Shown: positions 24,462-37,535 of the stretch, piece after piece
Numbering within the stretch: position 1 is the stretch's first letter
Layout: the number at the start of each line of letters is the position of its first letter
Assembly: GCF_000143415.4 (NCBI RefSeq)
Contig: NW_003314308.1
Location: 620,001-684,000 of the forward strand
Length of the DNA: 64,000 bases
DNA from: Selaginella moellendorffii
Taxonomy: Eukaryota > Plantae > Lycopodiophyta
Reading direction: 5' to 3'
Translations under genes and position numbers: made by a program
The notes under the pieces: generated by a model
What the model saw: only the letters and a program-made list of their open reading frames with translations
Database searches by the model: none
What the model was told of the DNA's origin: nothing

Positions 24462-26889
24462 AAGCTTCCAGGAGAAACGATGGTCTTTCCATTTCGCAGC
24501 AAGAAACAATTTTGCACGCATTCGTCAACAGAGAACTTGTCTGACGAGATTGTGGTACAAGATAATGATGTACTTGCAAGTTTGGATCTGCTGATTTTGA
24601 ACTCTTTTAATCAAGACAATTGCACATAGGTGCCATTTCTATTGTCACTTGTATATTTTTCCATTGTTATGTAGGAAAACATCCTCCTCTCCATTGTTGT
24701 AGCTGTTCAGATTTAGAATTCTTGCCTTCATCAAAATTGCACTCTACAACCTTTTTTGAACGTGCGAAGAGAAGACCTTCCTTGTATCCCATGATGTGTC
24801 TATGGGCTGCGGGGCTGTTGGACACGAAAAACTCGAATCACAAAAAGTATGTGGAGCATTAGTGGTTTTTTGTAAAGGAATGTTAGAAACGTGGAAAAGG
24901 ATATCACTCCCTAGTAGAATGTGTCTTAACCATATTGCACTCGACCACCCTGATTTCTGGTAGCAACTCATCTTCATTAATCTTTAGGAAAAGAACCTTC
25001 AAAGCAAGTGATAGCCACTTGTGATGAAGACAGAAGCAGGGATAGGGACCTGTTATGAGCATTAAGCAAAGTTGCTTTGTGAACACTGTCAGTGATTGTT
25101 AACTTCCCTTTGGACCATGTTGTTATGCAAGTGGCCACAATGTGCCATGGCCATCCTAGGATAATGGAGTCTTTCAAAATTCCAGATCCTAGCTGTTAGT
25201 AATTCACCATAAGAAAATTGAGCATTGAAACCACTTTTATACTGAGATCTTGACATTGAGGAATTGGCAAATGTTTTGAGGATGATGGCTGTGTTGCCGG
25301 GTTGGAAACTCCACCCAGAGCTTTAGCCACTTTTGGTTTAGTGTGTTCAGCAGTAGCCTTTGGCAGAGAACATGTTGCTCCCACAGTCAGCAAATAGATA
25401 TTAGCAACAACTGGAGTAAGAAAGTAATAAAAAATGCCCCTTCATTGAGCCATAAGAAGACACCCAATTTACATTGCTAAAAATGGCTATAAGATGGTTG
25501 TTATATGAAGAAAGTTTTCTCTCCAAACATTGCACCAATTTCCAAATCTTCTCTTTTGTGGTGTGCAAACTACCCCATATTTCAGTATTTGCCACCCACA
25601 TCCTTGGCTACAACTTTGGATTTGTTGGTACATCAATCAAGATAACATTCAGTGAACTTGCATGATGCATTCATGGTTTTGGGTGGCATTTGCAAGCTAT
25701 AGGCTTCCCTATGGCATCTCAACATGACATGCAGATAGTCAACACTTATACTACTCACAATCTAGGGCACTTTTTGCAGAGGTCTGGATAAAACTCTCTT
25801 TCTCAAAGGCACAAGCAATACTTGATTTAGGATCCTAGAGCAATATCATCTTTCTTGACATAGCACACTCTAGTAGCTTAGAAGTCTCTTTGGCATCATG
25901 GATATATGGCACAATAGGTGACTGAAATCACATCAACAAAGTTGAGACCAGGGCAAAAATTTAATGCTCTTTTTTGGCCATTTTACCCTACAAAATGGGT
26001 GATCTTCAAACTGCCCTTTAAATGTTAGGTAGAAATTATTAGAATTTCAAATAGAATATTCTTTTGAAATATTTCTTTTCTTTCCTAAAGGATTAATGAA
26101 TATTCCAAATTTAATGAGTGGGGCACTTTTCTAGATTACTGCCTTGTTTAGGCTACACGTTTTCAAAACTTGTTTAGCTCACACTTTCTTAGCTCTTGCT
26201 GCACGTGTTTATCACCATTACCCTGGATCCTAAAGACTTTGATTTTTCATGACTCCTTATCAGGACACCGCATGTTTGATTTTTCATGATGTGATATGTC
26301 AACGATTGCACTACATGCGTCAGCAGCAAGAGTAGCCGTTGGTTGTGGGGCCTCGAGAGGAAGGGTCTGATATCAAGCATTTTACCGTTTGTTTTGTAAT
26401 ACGTGGTTTCCTTCCTGGAGAATGTAAAATCGTCAAAGCCTAAGACTTCTTTGGTGTGCGCGGGCCCACACCATCATCATCTAGTCACACGAAACCCAGC
26501 TTGGCCGATGACATCAGTTGGCAGAGTGATCAACGAGTCCTGCCTCCGGACTCGCTACAGTTTGGACAGCGAGCACGAAGATGACGGTTAGACACAATGT
26601 GCAAGCCAGCGCTTTTCCTGATTCTTGAACTGGGGAATCCATGCTAGTGAAAGAGGAGGAAAGAACACTACGAGAATAAAATATTCCACTCGGGAAAGTC
26701 GCACAGCACTCGGTACAACCCATCTGCGGGTGTCTTACTCCTCGTCCTCGGCCCTTCTTCGCTTGTCCTCGTCCTCCGCCGCGCCCGGCCTTCTCGACCT
26801 CGTAGCGAGTTTGCGGCGACAGCAGTAGGCCATCGGCGCGCTACCTTTCTTTCTCACTTTCCACTGTCTCCAGTACATCGCCGCTTGCA

Positions 26890-27828
26890 ATGGGTGGTTC
26901 ATTGTCACAAGCTCGTGGGGAGTGGAGGAACTGCCGTTGCATCAAAATCAGCTCAAAGCTCCCATCCGGCACATCACTGCTCGACCAGCTGTCCCTTGAT
27001 CTTCCCAACGGACTGCCCAAGAGCCAGCAGCTCGTGGATGTTTCGATGGCGATCCTCCCATCCCTACGGGAAAGCTGCGCCAACACCGAAGTGGCTCTGG
27101 AGATCAAGAACTTCCTTCTCGGTGTGGACGACAGTGATGTAATCATCAACACCAAGGCTCTAGGATTCTACCCATACCGCTTCAAACTCCATATTAATCC
27201 ACAGCTTGGCGTGATGAAAAACTCTACCATTGCTACCTATGACTACAACCTCCGTGACGGTAGCCGTGTTAATGCCAATTCCAGCACCAAGAACAGCGAA
27301 GGTGAGATTGGAGCTCAACTTAATTTATGGCCAGTATCGTTAAAATTAAAGAAGAAGTGGGGGCAGTCACTCCAAGAGCTAATGGAGTACGAGTCCATTC
27401 GTGTTGGAGCTCCAGGGAACACCGCAGAGCTCGAGTGGAAATTACTTCGCTGGAATCACAACGGGACGGAGTATAATCCATCCAAACCACACTCTGGGCT
27501 AAGTTCCCTCGAGGTACATGCTTTACGCCTTTGGATTCCTTTCAGTTCGTTTTCTTTCTAGCCGCCATTGCGAGGAGGACGAACAAAAATCAGCGTGGAA
27601 GACTTTCCTGTTATTGTGTGGCATCTGCCCGCGAGCACGGCGTCCAAGTTTCAGCTCGGGTTCAATATTCGTCTGGAGGCCGACATGCATCTCCTCTGGT
27701 ACCGGAGAAGCAAATGGATGCGCCGAAGAGTCAAGGAGTACATCAGCAAGAGAGTTGAATTTTCCCATGAGTTTGTGGTCACCGATGGTAAAGGAGAACT
27801 GTCATATGCTTTTGATATCGAATTTTGA
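26890..27828 (+). CDS. Hemolysin-like candidate, copy C; exons 26890-27513 and 27562-27828
   Basis: Open paralog with a 48-nt intron and an in-frame 5-codon deletion. Confidence 0.78.
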
Positions 27829-27919
27829 TAGAGAATGAAAAAAAAGAGTTATTTTTCTCTCTGTCATTTAGACTCAAAACTTGGCGCGAAATGTGTACAC
27901 CCCTAGTTAGGGTTAGGGC

Positions 27920-28548
27920 ATCCCAGCGCGCAGCGCCTTCTCGAGCTAGCCGATAAGCAAGCGTCTTGATTCTCTTTCCTCTCAAGATCGAGACTTGGTC
28001 AATGCAGGCAGCAAATCGTGGAAGGCAGCCATCTCAAGAGCGTGGAGCAGGCATCGCGGAGGCGGTGGCGGCCAAGGAAGAGTTTGCCAAGCGCGTCAGG
28101 AACGCGGAGCAGGCGGTCCAATGAGAGGAAGACACTGGACGCCGAGGTGGCGTCTCCTACGCTCATAGGATCAGCTACACCCGATTATCTTCTCGGTCAG
28201 CCCCCTCAGGAGCAGCAACGCAGCTCTACCACTACAGCGACATGGATCTGGGCGTCTTGAAAGCCCCGGAAACCGCACCGCCACCAGCGCCATTCCTGCC
28301 GTCGCCAACTGTGAAAAAATCACCACCAAAAGAAGCAGCAGCAGGAAAGCTCACGCACTCCGGTTACACTTCCCGGACTGCCTCCCGGATGGAAGCCGGT
28401 TCCACTGCCGGAAGTGGCACCGCCAGCTCCAATTCCAACAGCACGCGCTCCAGGAGTAACCAAGGTGCCGTTCGTGCAGCTGGATCTAAACCCGGAGCTC
28501 GAGGACGACTACGCCTTGGACGAGGAGCAAAGCTCCGAGGAAGAGTGA
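27920..28548 (+). pseudogene. MED4: MED4 pseudogene (unit C)
   Basis: Heavily deleted copy. Confidence 0.8.
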
Positions 28549-28853
28549 GGAACCAAGTAAGTTGGCATTCTTTCTAAGTTCTTTGAGACTTACTTTGTAC
28601 CCTGAGGCTAACCACGATCAAAATCAAGAAGTCTCATGTCCTACCAGGAAGGAGAACTCGATATTGCAAGTTAAAATCGAAACTTTGGGGGGAACAAATA
28701 CTCGATTCAAATCCGGGGGTAAGAACAGCATTTTCCACTTACACCAGGTCTTGTGTAACCGACTTCTTAACCTTGAGCTACAGAAGCACGGACTTGTGGA
28801 ACGCGAAGCAAGAACGCGAAGAAAAAGCTCTCGGTTCCGCCAGAAGAGAAGAT

Positions 28854-29325
28854 CTACCGGAAGGGGAACTGCTGCCTCAGCGGTCTCAGCCGTTCTAAAA
28901 CATCCGACATGATTCAAGCACATTGTCGCGATCCTGCCGAGCTCCCACGGCACCTTGACGTGATCCGGCAGTAGCCTCAGCCGGGATCCACGATGGGGAG
29001 GACATGGTTCGCCCTCCCAGCGCGACCAACCAGGTACGTTCCCAACTACCTGAACTTTCCTGTTACTGATGATCTCCGCCAGCAGAAGACGTCCACGGCG
29101 GCGATGGTGGCGGCGCGATCGTCCAGGGGGAGACCCTCCTCGTGCTGCAAATGCCGGGCGTCCTCCACCGTGGCTACCCGGTGGCGCCGCCGCTGTGCCT
29201 GGCGCTGCGCATCCACCTCGCCTTCGCCGCCGCCAAGTGCGTCAAGACGCTCCACTACGGCCACGAGATCGTCCCCCGCGATCTCCGCTCCACAAACTTG
29301 TGTATCGAGCGCGACTGGATCGTCC
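28854..29325 (-). pseudogene. RLCK kinase fragments (unit C)
   Basis: Matches parts of 40092-41147. Confidence 0.85.
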
Positions 29326-29329
29326 CCAC

Positions 29330-30560
29330 TTCCCCGGTCGAACGGGTCTCTGGCCGTACGTCGTCTCTTTTTTATCACGGCTGGTGGTAGTCTTTAGCTT
29401 GGATTTGCCACACAGGTACATACACCGTTTTTCATCTCTCCTGAAACTCATTCTTACCTGGAATCTTGTTTTTTTGCTGTGGTTGCAAGTTTCAAAGCTT
29501 CCACCCGAAATCGTCCAGTTCCACAGAGCCACCGGATTTAGATCTTGTAGTGCCTTATGTGGAGTCAGCTCTTCCGCTCGCATATGGAGTTTTTGACGTG
29601 CAACTATTTCATGTAAGTTCCTGGGACTCCGTGCTATCTTTCTAGTGTTTTTGTTCCAGGAAATTGGACAGAGATCACCTTTAGGTGTGTAAGTGACTCT
29701 TGGTAGCTTCGGTGCTATCACGCAAGTGACAACCACAAACAAACTGAAAAGTCCAGTGCTTGGAGAAGTAACCTTTTCTTTTCATGACGTTTCCATGGCA
29801 GGCCCATTGGCTGGAGGTTTCTCTCGGTTGCAATGGTGGGAGTCGGCCTTCTGCTCTCGGCAAAAGGAGCGCCTGAAGGTACACTTGTGCAAGTTCCCAG
29901 TGTTGTCTTCCAAGGCTCTTTTCTCTTGGGACTCGTCGCCAGGGCCGCTCTAGGATACGAGTAAGCTTTTGGTCTTCGTAATCTGTGCGTTTGTTTTGAT
30001 GAAGCTCTGTGTGGAATTTTCCAATGCAGTGTATTGCACGCGGGAACTGTTGCAGTGCATCCGCTGGTAATAGCTGGCTGGTAAGAGGATGTCACCATTG
30101 TCTTTGAAAAGCTCTTAGAAGTTCCGTGTGCTTGTTTCCTCCCAGGTGTGGACTAACGACGACTGCATTTAACTTGCTTCCAGTGGGATGAAGAGCTCTC
30201 CAGGTTTGTAATTCACTCAAAATCGATCTCCTGATCATGACTCTGAGTGAGTGCATACAGGCCACATTCGGGAGTAAGGTGTTGAATATTACTGGCTTGA
30301 TCACTTATGCGCTACTTGGACTGGGTAGAGGCATTTAAGACTTTCTTCGCGCTAAACTTCAGTTAGGAGGTCCACTGTCTTTGCCTTAGGTATTTCGGTT
30401 CTTTCGTTTCTTAGAGAGTTCTTACTGTGTACAGAGATCGTCCGAGAAGGCCTGCCTCAACGTGTTGGCACTTGGAGGCAAATCGCCTATGCTGTGGCGC
30501 TAGTGTTGGTCGTTTTGACGCTCTTGCTGTGGGATGGCTTGGCCACCCAGCTTGGCATTG
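29330..30560 (+). pseudogene. EGY1: 5'-truncated EGY1-like fragment (unit C)
   Basis: TLGSFGAITQ, DVSMAGPLAG and further EGY1 motifs, with deletions. Confidence 0.85.
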
Positions 30561-30736
30561 ACATTGGAAAAGCTACGATGGTTTTTTTCTTTCCATTTCG
30601 CGGCAAGAAACAATTTTGCACGCATTCGTCGACAGAGAACCTGTGTGACGAGATTGTGTTACAAGAAGACAGTGGAAAAACTAATCAAAATGGAGCTTCT
30701 ATCAGCTATGGTCTTGTGTATCTCCCTCCCAGTGGC

Positions 30737-31297
30737 TTAGATTGGCTTGATCTTGAAGTGGAGGCCGATGAGCGAGAAGGCAAAGCACTTGAGATCCTGG
30801 AACCCACCATCTGTCACAACGAGAAAAGAAAAAAAAAAAGGAAGAGAAACTTGCCTGGACGAGGAAGTAGAAGATGCGAAGGCCCTCTGGATCGTTACTG
30901 CTCTGGACGTCTAGCAGCGATCCAATCTTGGACGTCGCAAAGGAGATGTGCTCGTTGCCTATCACAACCTCCAGCTCCTGGCGCCCGACCTTGTCCGGCT
31001 GTGGCCAGTTGCTATCGTCCTCTTTCATGATCTGCCAAGAACAAAGGAGGATACGAGGCCAAGCTAGAAAGAATCGATGGATACCTCGCTGTCGACGATG
31101 ATGCGCTTGCACTCCCGGAGCACAGCGTTGGTGACATAAACCTCCTTGCGGATCATGGTGTCGTTCTTGTAGTTGGAGTTATTGGCGTACCTCAGCTTCC
31201 CATCCGGCCGGAACTCAAACTCGAGGAACTCGTGCCCAAACTTGCCCTTGTGACCCACGTAGTAGCGCAAGTAGAACTCGCCCACATCGTCCGCCAT
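30737..31297 (-). CDS. MAGO: Mago nashi (exon junction complex); exons 31297-31085, 31031-30855, 30796-30737; 149 aa
   Basis: [39 protein letters not shown]...LHFKIKPI; intron 1 is GT-AG (53 nt) and intron 2 is GC-AG (58 nt). Confidence 0.97.
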
Positions 31298-32137
31298 GCC
31301 GCACTCCTCCTCTCGCCGACCTACGACGAAACCCTAGCCCTAATTCCTTGGATAATTCCTTGGATAAGTTGATCCTTTATACGAAAGCATCTAGCAGCTC
31401 TAGAGAAAGCTATCAAAAGCTACGAAATAAGGATGGTGTCGAAGATGGAAAGAGAGGCTACGAGCTGGAGAAGTTTCACTACGATTCGGTGCCAGCAGCT
31501 CCCTCAGCTTCACCCGCTAGTTTTGGTCGAGCCAGGAGAGCATTATCTGGATCTTGTCCGGGAGGATTCCAAAAGCCGCAACATATGGCAGATTTGCTGC
31601 ACATATCGTGTAGCCGTCAGGAAAACACGAGTCAGACACGAGTGATGTATGAGCGCTGGAAGTGCCCATAGCAACGGCGGACTCCACCATTTCGATGACT
31701 TTGTTGAGGCGTTGCAAGTACAAGGCATTTTGGTTATCAAATGGAGCTCTCGTGCCGCATCATCGCTGCTCCCATGTCCGGCACCTCGGGAATAGAACCC
31801 GTGTCTTCCGGCTGAGAGCCTGACCGAAATATCCAAGAGGAAAGCTTAAGGGGTTAGGGCTTTAGGCCGATCCGGGAGCGGCTCTCTCAACGGTGCCACG
31901 TATTTGTCACCACGAAGAAAACAGTCTCACGCGTCGGCGTGAACTCCTTCGTCCTTTTGGCACTATCCCCTTCAAATAAGAACTCGAGTCACGATGGCGC
32001 TGGGGAAGCCATTTCTAAGGAAGCTAGTTCGTCTACCTTCCCGGTTTTCTTTTTTCTTGTTCTCAGTTTGTGATCGGCCATCGCGCTCTCTTTCTTTCTC
32101 ACTCTCCACTGTCTCGGCGCATTGCCATTTGTAATCC

Positions 32138-33068
32138 ATGGGTGGTTCAACATCAACAGCTCGTGGGGATTCCCCCTTGAAGAAGTGCCGCTGCATCCAA
32201 ACCAGCTCAAAGCTCCCATCCGGCACACCACTGCTCGACCAGCTGTCCCTTGATCTTCCCAACGGACTGCCCAAGAGCCAGCAGCTCGTGGATGTTTCGA
32301 TGGTGATCCTCCCATTCTTACAGAAGAGCTGTGGCAACACCGAAGTGGCTCTCGAGATCAAGAACTTCTGTCTCGGTGTCAATGACAACGATATAATCAC
32401 CAACACTAAGGCTCAAGGATTCTACCCATACCGCTTCAAACTTCATATTAGTCCACGGCTTGGCGAGATGGAAAACTCTGCCATTGCTATCTATGACTAC
32501 AATTTCCATGACGGTGCTCGTGCTAATGCCAACTCCAGCACTCTCACCACTCTCACCAAGACCAGCGAAGGTGAGATTGGAGCTCAACTGAATTTGTGGT
32601 CAGTATCGTTAAAATTAAAGAAAAAGTGGGGGCAGTCACTTCAAGAGCCAATGGACTACGAGTCCATCAGTGTTGGAGCTCCAGGGAACACCGCAGAGCT
32701 CGAGTGGAAATTACTTCGTTGGAATCACAACGGGATGAAATATAATCCATCCAAACCATACTCTGGGCTAAGTTCCCTCGAGGTACATGCTTTATTCCTT
32801 TCGATTCCTTTCAGTTCGTTTTCTTTTTATCTAGCCGCCATTGCGAGGAGGACGAACAAAAATCAGCGTGGAAGACTTTCCTGTTATTGTGTGGCATCTG
32901 CCGGCGAGCATGGCGTCCAAGTTTCAGCTTGGGTTCCACATTCGTCTGGAGGCCGAAATGCATCTCCTCTGGTACCGGAGAAGCAAATGGATGTGCCGAA
33001 GAGTCAAGGAGTACATCAGCAAGAGAGTAGAATTTTCTAGTGAGCTTGTGATCTCCGATGGTGAGTGA
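32138..33068 (+). CDS. Hemolysin-like candidate, copy D; exons 32138-32782 and 32835-33068
   Basis: Starts MGGSTS; open paralog with the same intron position. Confidence 0.78.
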
Positions 33069-33255
33069 GAAGTCTGGACACACTTTTGATATCAAATTTT
33101 TATTTTTATAGAGAATGAAAAAAGAAAGGTGGTGGCTGCGCAGCCCTTTCTTTTTCCCTTTGTCATTTGGATTCGCATTTAGGCAAGCTCAAAATTTGGC
33201 GCGAATGTGTAAAGGGGGTTTTGGCCCCTGGTTAGGGTTAGGGCATCCCAGGGCC

Positions 33256-34270
33256 ATGGCAGAGGGAGGCGCGGTTCAGGCGCTTCCTCCTCACAGGCGC
33301 GCGCAGGTCTTGCTCCAGGACATGGCGGGCCTCACAGTGCGCCTTCTCGAGCTAGCCGGTAAGCAAGCGTCTTGCTTCTCTTTCCTCTCCAGATCGAGAC
33401 TTGGTCAATGCAGGCAGCAAATCGTGGCAAGGCAGCCATCTCAAGAGCCTCTTTCCCCCTTTCCTGGCCGGAGCTCCCGTGCCCGCCGAGGGCCTGGTCG
33501 CCAACAGCACCAAAGACGTCCTGGCGCTCCTCGACTCGCATCAATCGCTTCTGTCGGACGCGGTGTCGGAGATTGCCGAGCTCCAGAGCCTGGAGCAGGA
33601 GAAGCAGCGCATCGCGGAGGCGGTGGCGGCCAAGGACGCGGTGATCCGGGAGTTTGCCAAGCGCGTCAGGGACGCCGAGCAGGTGCTGGAGCTCACGCTG
33701 GAGGAATTCGAGGAGTACAGGCGGCCATCCAAGGAGAGGAAGACACTGGACGCCGAGGTGGACGTGGCCGAGCTCGTCTCGTACGCTCATAGGATCAGCT
33801 ACACGACGTTTGCTCCTCCCGATTATCTTCTCGGTCAGCCCGGAGTGCTGGCTCCGGCTCCTCAGGAGCAGCAAATGCGAGCTTCGCAGCTCTACCACTT
33901 CAGCGACATGGATCTGGGCGTGTTGAAAGCTCCGGCAGCCGCACTGCCACCAGCGCCATCGCTGCCGTCGCCAACGGTGGAAAAATCACCACCGAAAGAA
34001 GCAGCTGCAGGAAAGCTCACGCCCTCTACTTCCACTCCGGTTACCCTTCCCGGACTGCCTCCCGGAATGAAGCTCCCACCGATGCCTCCCGGATGGAAGC
34101 CCGGAGATCCGGTTCCACTGCCGGAAGTGGCACCGCCAGCTCCAGCTCTAGCGGCACCGGCTCCAGGAGTAATCCAGGTGCCGTTCGTGCAGCTGGATCT
34201 AAACCCGGAGCTCGAGGACGACTATGCCTCGGACTACAGCAACGAGGAGCAAAGCTCCGAGGAAGAGTGA
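33256..34270 (+). CDS. MED4: Mediator subunit 4 (intact copy); intron probably 33359-33413
   Basis: ELVSYAHRISYTTFAPP...APQEQQMRASQLY.F.D.DLG and PPGWKPG are plant MED4 signatures; acidic tail. Confidence 0.92.
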
Positions 34271-34538
34271 GGAACCAAGTAAGTTGGTATTCTTTCTAAC
34301 TTCTTTGAGACTTACTTTGTACCCTCAGGATAAAGAAAGTCTCAAGAAATCCATGTCCTACTAGGAAGGAAACCTCGAGTTTGCAAGTTAAAATCGAAAC
34401 CTTGGAGGAAACAAATGCTCGATTCAACTCCGGGGGTAAGAACAGTCTTTTCCAGTTACACCAGTTCTCCGACTTCTTACGAAGCACGGACCTCATGAAC
34501 GCGAAGAAAAAGCTCTTGGTTTTGCCAGAAGAGAAGAT

Positions 34539-35157
34539 CTACCGGAAGGGGAATTGCTGCCTCAGCGGTCTAAGCCGCTCTAAAACATCCGACATGGTTG
34601 GCCACGGGATTATCGCCGCGATCCTGCCGAGCTCCCGCGGCACCTTGCGTGATCCGGCAGTAGCCTCAGCCGGGGATCCACGATGGGGAGGACATGGTTG
34701 TTCCTCACCAGCGGGACAAGCCACCCGACGAGATCGCCGGGTACTTTCCCAACGTCCTGGACTTGATGATCTCCGCCAGGAGCAGGGCAAAGCAGAAGAT
34801 GTCCACCTTGACGGCGAGGTAGCCATCCTGGGGCCAGTCCGGGTCGAGCATCCCCATCGATCCCAGCGATCCCAGCGTGCATCTGCGAAGGTTCCCGAGG
34901 AAAAGAATAGCTTCGCCGATTCAAGGACGTGATCATCAAGCGCGGTAACGACCCGCCGCTACCCCGCCCAGATCGCCATCGTTCATCGGGCCTCGACCGA
35001 CCGGCGGCGATGGTGGCGGGGAGACCCTCCTCGTGCTGCAAATGCCCGGCCGCGGCACCCTCTTCGACGTCCTCCACCGCGGCGACCCGGTGGCGCCGCC
35101 GCTGTGCCTGCCGCTGCGGATCCACCTCGCCTTCGCCGCCGCCAAGTGCGTCAAGAC
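34539..35157 (-). pseudogene. RLCK kinase fragments (unit D)
   Basis: Matches 40092-41147 with deletions and an inverted N-lobe piece. Confidence 0.85.
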
Positions 35158-35159
35158 GG

Positions 35160-35938
35160 GTCTCTGGCATTACGTTGTCTCTTTTTTATCACGGCTGGTG
35201 GATGTCCTCAGCTTGGATTTGGCACACAGGTATATACACCGTTGCTCGTCTCTCCTGGAACTCATTGTTAACTCGTTTCTTGTTTTTTTTTACTTCGGTT
35301 GCAAGTTTCAAAGCTTCCACCCGAGATCGTCCAGTACTTCACTGAGTCCACGGATTAGATCTTCTAGTGCCGGAGTTTTGTACGTGCAACTGTTTCATGT
35401 AAGTCTCCTTGCTGTATTTGTAATCTTTTGTTCCAGGAAATTGGACATAGATTAGCTGCAGCAGCTTTAGGTGTGTAAGTGACTCTTGGTAGCTTCGCTG
35501 CTATCACGCAAGTTACCACCACAAACAAACTGAAAACTCCATTGCTTGGAAAAGCGGACCGGAAAGCAAAATTTGACGTTTCCATGGCAGGCCCATTGGC
35601 TGGAGGATTTCTCTCGGTTGCAATGGTGGGAGTCGGCCTTTTGCCCTCGGCAAAAAGAGCCTCTCAAGGGACACTTGCGCAAGTTCCCAGTGTTGTCTTC
35701 CAAGGCCTTTTTCTGTTCGGACTCGTAGAGAGTTCGAACTGTGCGTTCTCCATTTCTCCTTGTTGGTCGATCGTCCGAGAAGGCCTGCCTCAACGACGTT
35801 ACTGATGTTGGCACTTGGAGGCAAATTGTCTATGCTGTGGCGCTAGTGTTGGTCGTTTTGACCCTCTTGCCATTGTGGGATGGCTTGGTTAGCCGGCATT
35901 GGCATTGTAACCCCGACTCGCTCGATCTATTTATGTGA
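35160..35938 (+). pseudogene. EGY1: EGY1-like fragment (unit D)
   Basis: TLGSFAAITQ...DRKAKFDVSMAGPLAGG...VPSVVFQG; internal exons deleted. Confidence 0.85.
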
Positions 35939-36119
35939 AAGCTTCCAGGAGAAACGATGGTTTTTTTTTTTTTTTCCTTTTTATCTCGCGGCAAGAAACA
36001 ATTTTGCACGCATTCGTCGACAGAGAACCTGGTGTTACAACTTACAAGAAGACGGTGGAAAAACGAATCAAAGTGGAGCTTCTATCAGCTATGGTCTTGT
36101 GTATCTCCCTCCCACTGGC

Positions 36120-36302
36120 TTAGATTGGCTTGATCTTGAAGTGGAGGCCGATGAGCGGGAAGGCAAAGCACTTCAGTTCCTGGAACTCACCATCTGTCAC
36201 AACGAGGAAAGAAAAAACAACAACTTGCCTGGACGAGGAAGTAGAAGATGCGAAGATCTCTCTGGATCGTTACTGCTCTGGACGTCTAGCAACGATCCAA
36301 GC
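36120..36302 (-). pseudogene. MAGO: Mago nashi 3' fragment (further scraps at ~36882-36955 in inverted orientation and ~37107-37136)
   Basis: Near-identical to 30737-30930 with a frameshift. Confidence 0.85.
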
Positions 36303-37535
36303 TTGATCCGTGATGATACGTTGTGGTACTTCATGGCTCTGCCAAGATAATCGCCCAAAATCTTTGCTTTCGGAGTTTTCTAATCGTCACACATAGTGTT
36401 CAATTCGCCAACACCGGTGTTCGCCAATGCGTGACGGTGGAAAAGCTTAAGACGTGTTTTTGGGCCCTCTTTTCCTTGCCAAATAATTCGCCACCACTAT
36501 GGAGCAAACCCGTCTTGAGTTTTCTAATCGTCAAAAGTATGGCTATCCATAGTGTTGGCGAATTATTTCACGACGCTTCACGCATCTACAATACCTCCAT
36601 GCGTCCGAGGACGCTCGCGCCGCAGCGGTACTGTCAGTGGACATGCGGAGCTATGCTGCTCACTCGGACGCACTCGTGGACCAGCTGAGCGCCAAGCTTC
36701 AGTTCTCGAGGCCATGTCCATCCCGAACAAGAGTGTTCCGCCGGCCACTTCTTTTTACGGCCGTCCTCCTGGTCTGGGATTCGGCGTGCCATTTCCCAAC
36801 TCTCCATTGGAAGCAAAGATTTTGGGCGATTATCTTAAAGTACCACAACTAGGATAAAGCTAGTAAAAAAACCTTATTTATATCATCGACAGCGAGGAAT
36901 CTTTCTAGCTTGGCTTGATTTGCTTACTCGTATCCTCCTTTGTTCTTGGCAGATCTCATTTGCGAATTATTTGGCAAGGAAAAGAGGTGGAAAAAGCTCA
37001 AGACGTGTTTTTGGGCCAGACCACCACTCATTGCCGACGTGTTTGAGCACTTGTTAAATGGCTGGGCTTGAGATTCTTGATGCCCGGAGCACAGCATTGG
37101 TCACATAGACCTCCTTGCGGATCATGGTGTCGTTCTTTTTTTTTTTCGCCTTTGGTGGGCGAATCCAGGTCATGCAGTGATAATGGAATACCACAGACAT
37201 GAAATTCCATAATTAAATAAATAAATAACTTCGATTCTGTTTCCAGTTTTCACAGTTGAAGCTCTGTGTCAAGCGATCATGAAATTACATCGAAAGAGTC
37301 GAAAGTGTCACAACGAGTCAGTGGCTTATATGATCGATGTGACTTGCTCTCAGGGTTCTGGGAAGGGCAGTAGTTTCTATTAATCGATCAGTTCCTACTA
37401 TTCTATCTTCTTGTTTATTTTTCTTCCTGGAATCTCAAACTTCGATCGATCGATCAAGCCCATAAGATCTGCGGCGTCCTCAGCCCCTCTTGCTGCTTTC
37501 GCGTGTACCCTGCCTTCTGCCCCTGTCTGCGGCGC

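Noticed and set aside
24700-26000. Possible tyrosine-recombinase/DIRS relic (HSTR, GWSS motifs on the minus strand)
   Set aside because: The motifs are short and in different frames, with no supporting domains or termini.
33359-33392. Ultra-short 34-nt MED4 intron (GTAAGC...CTCCAG)
   Set aside because: A downstream acceptor at 33413 gives a 55-nt intron in the same frame and fits plant MED4 spacing better.
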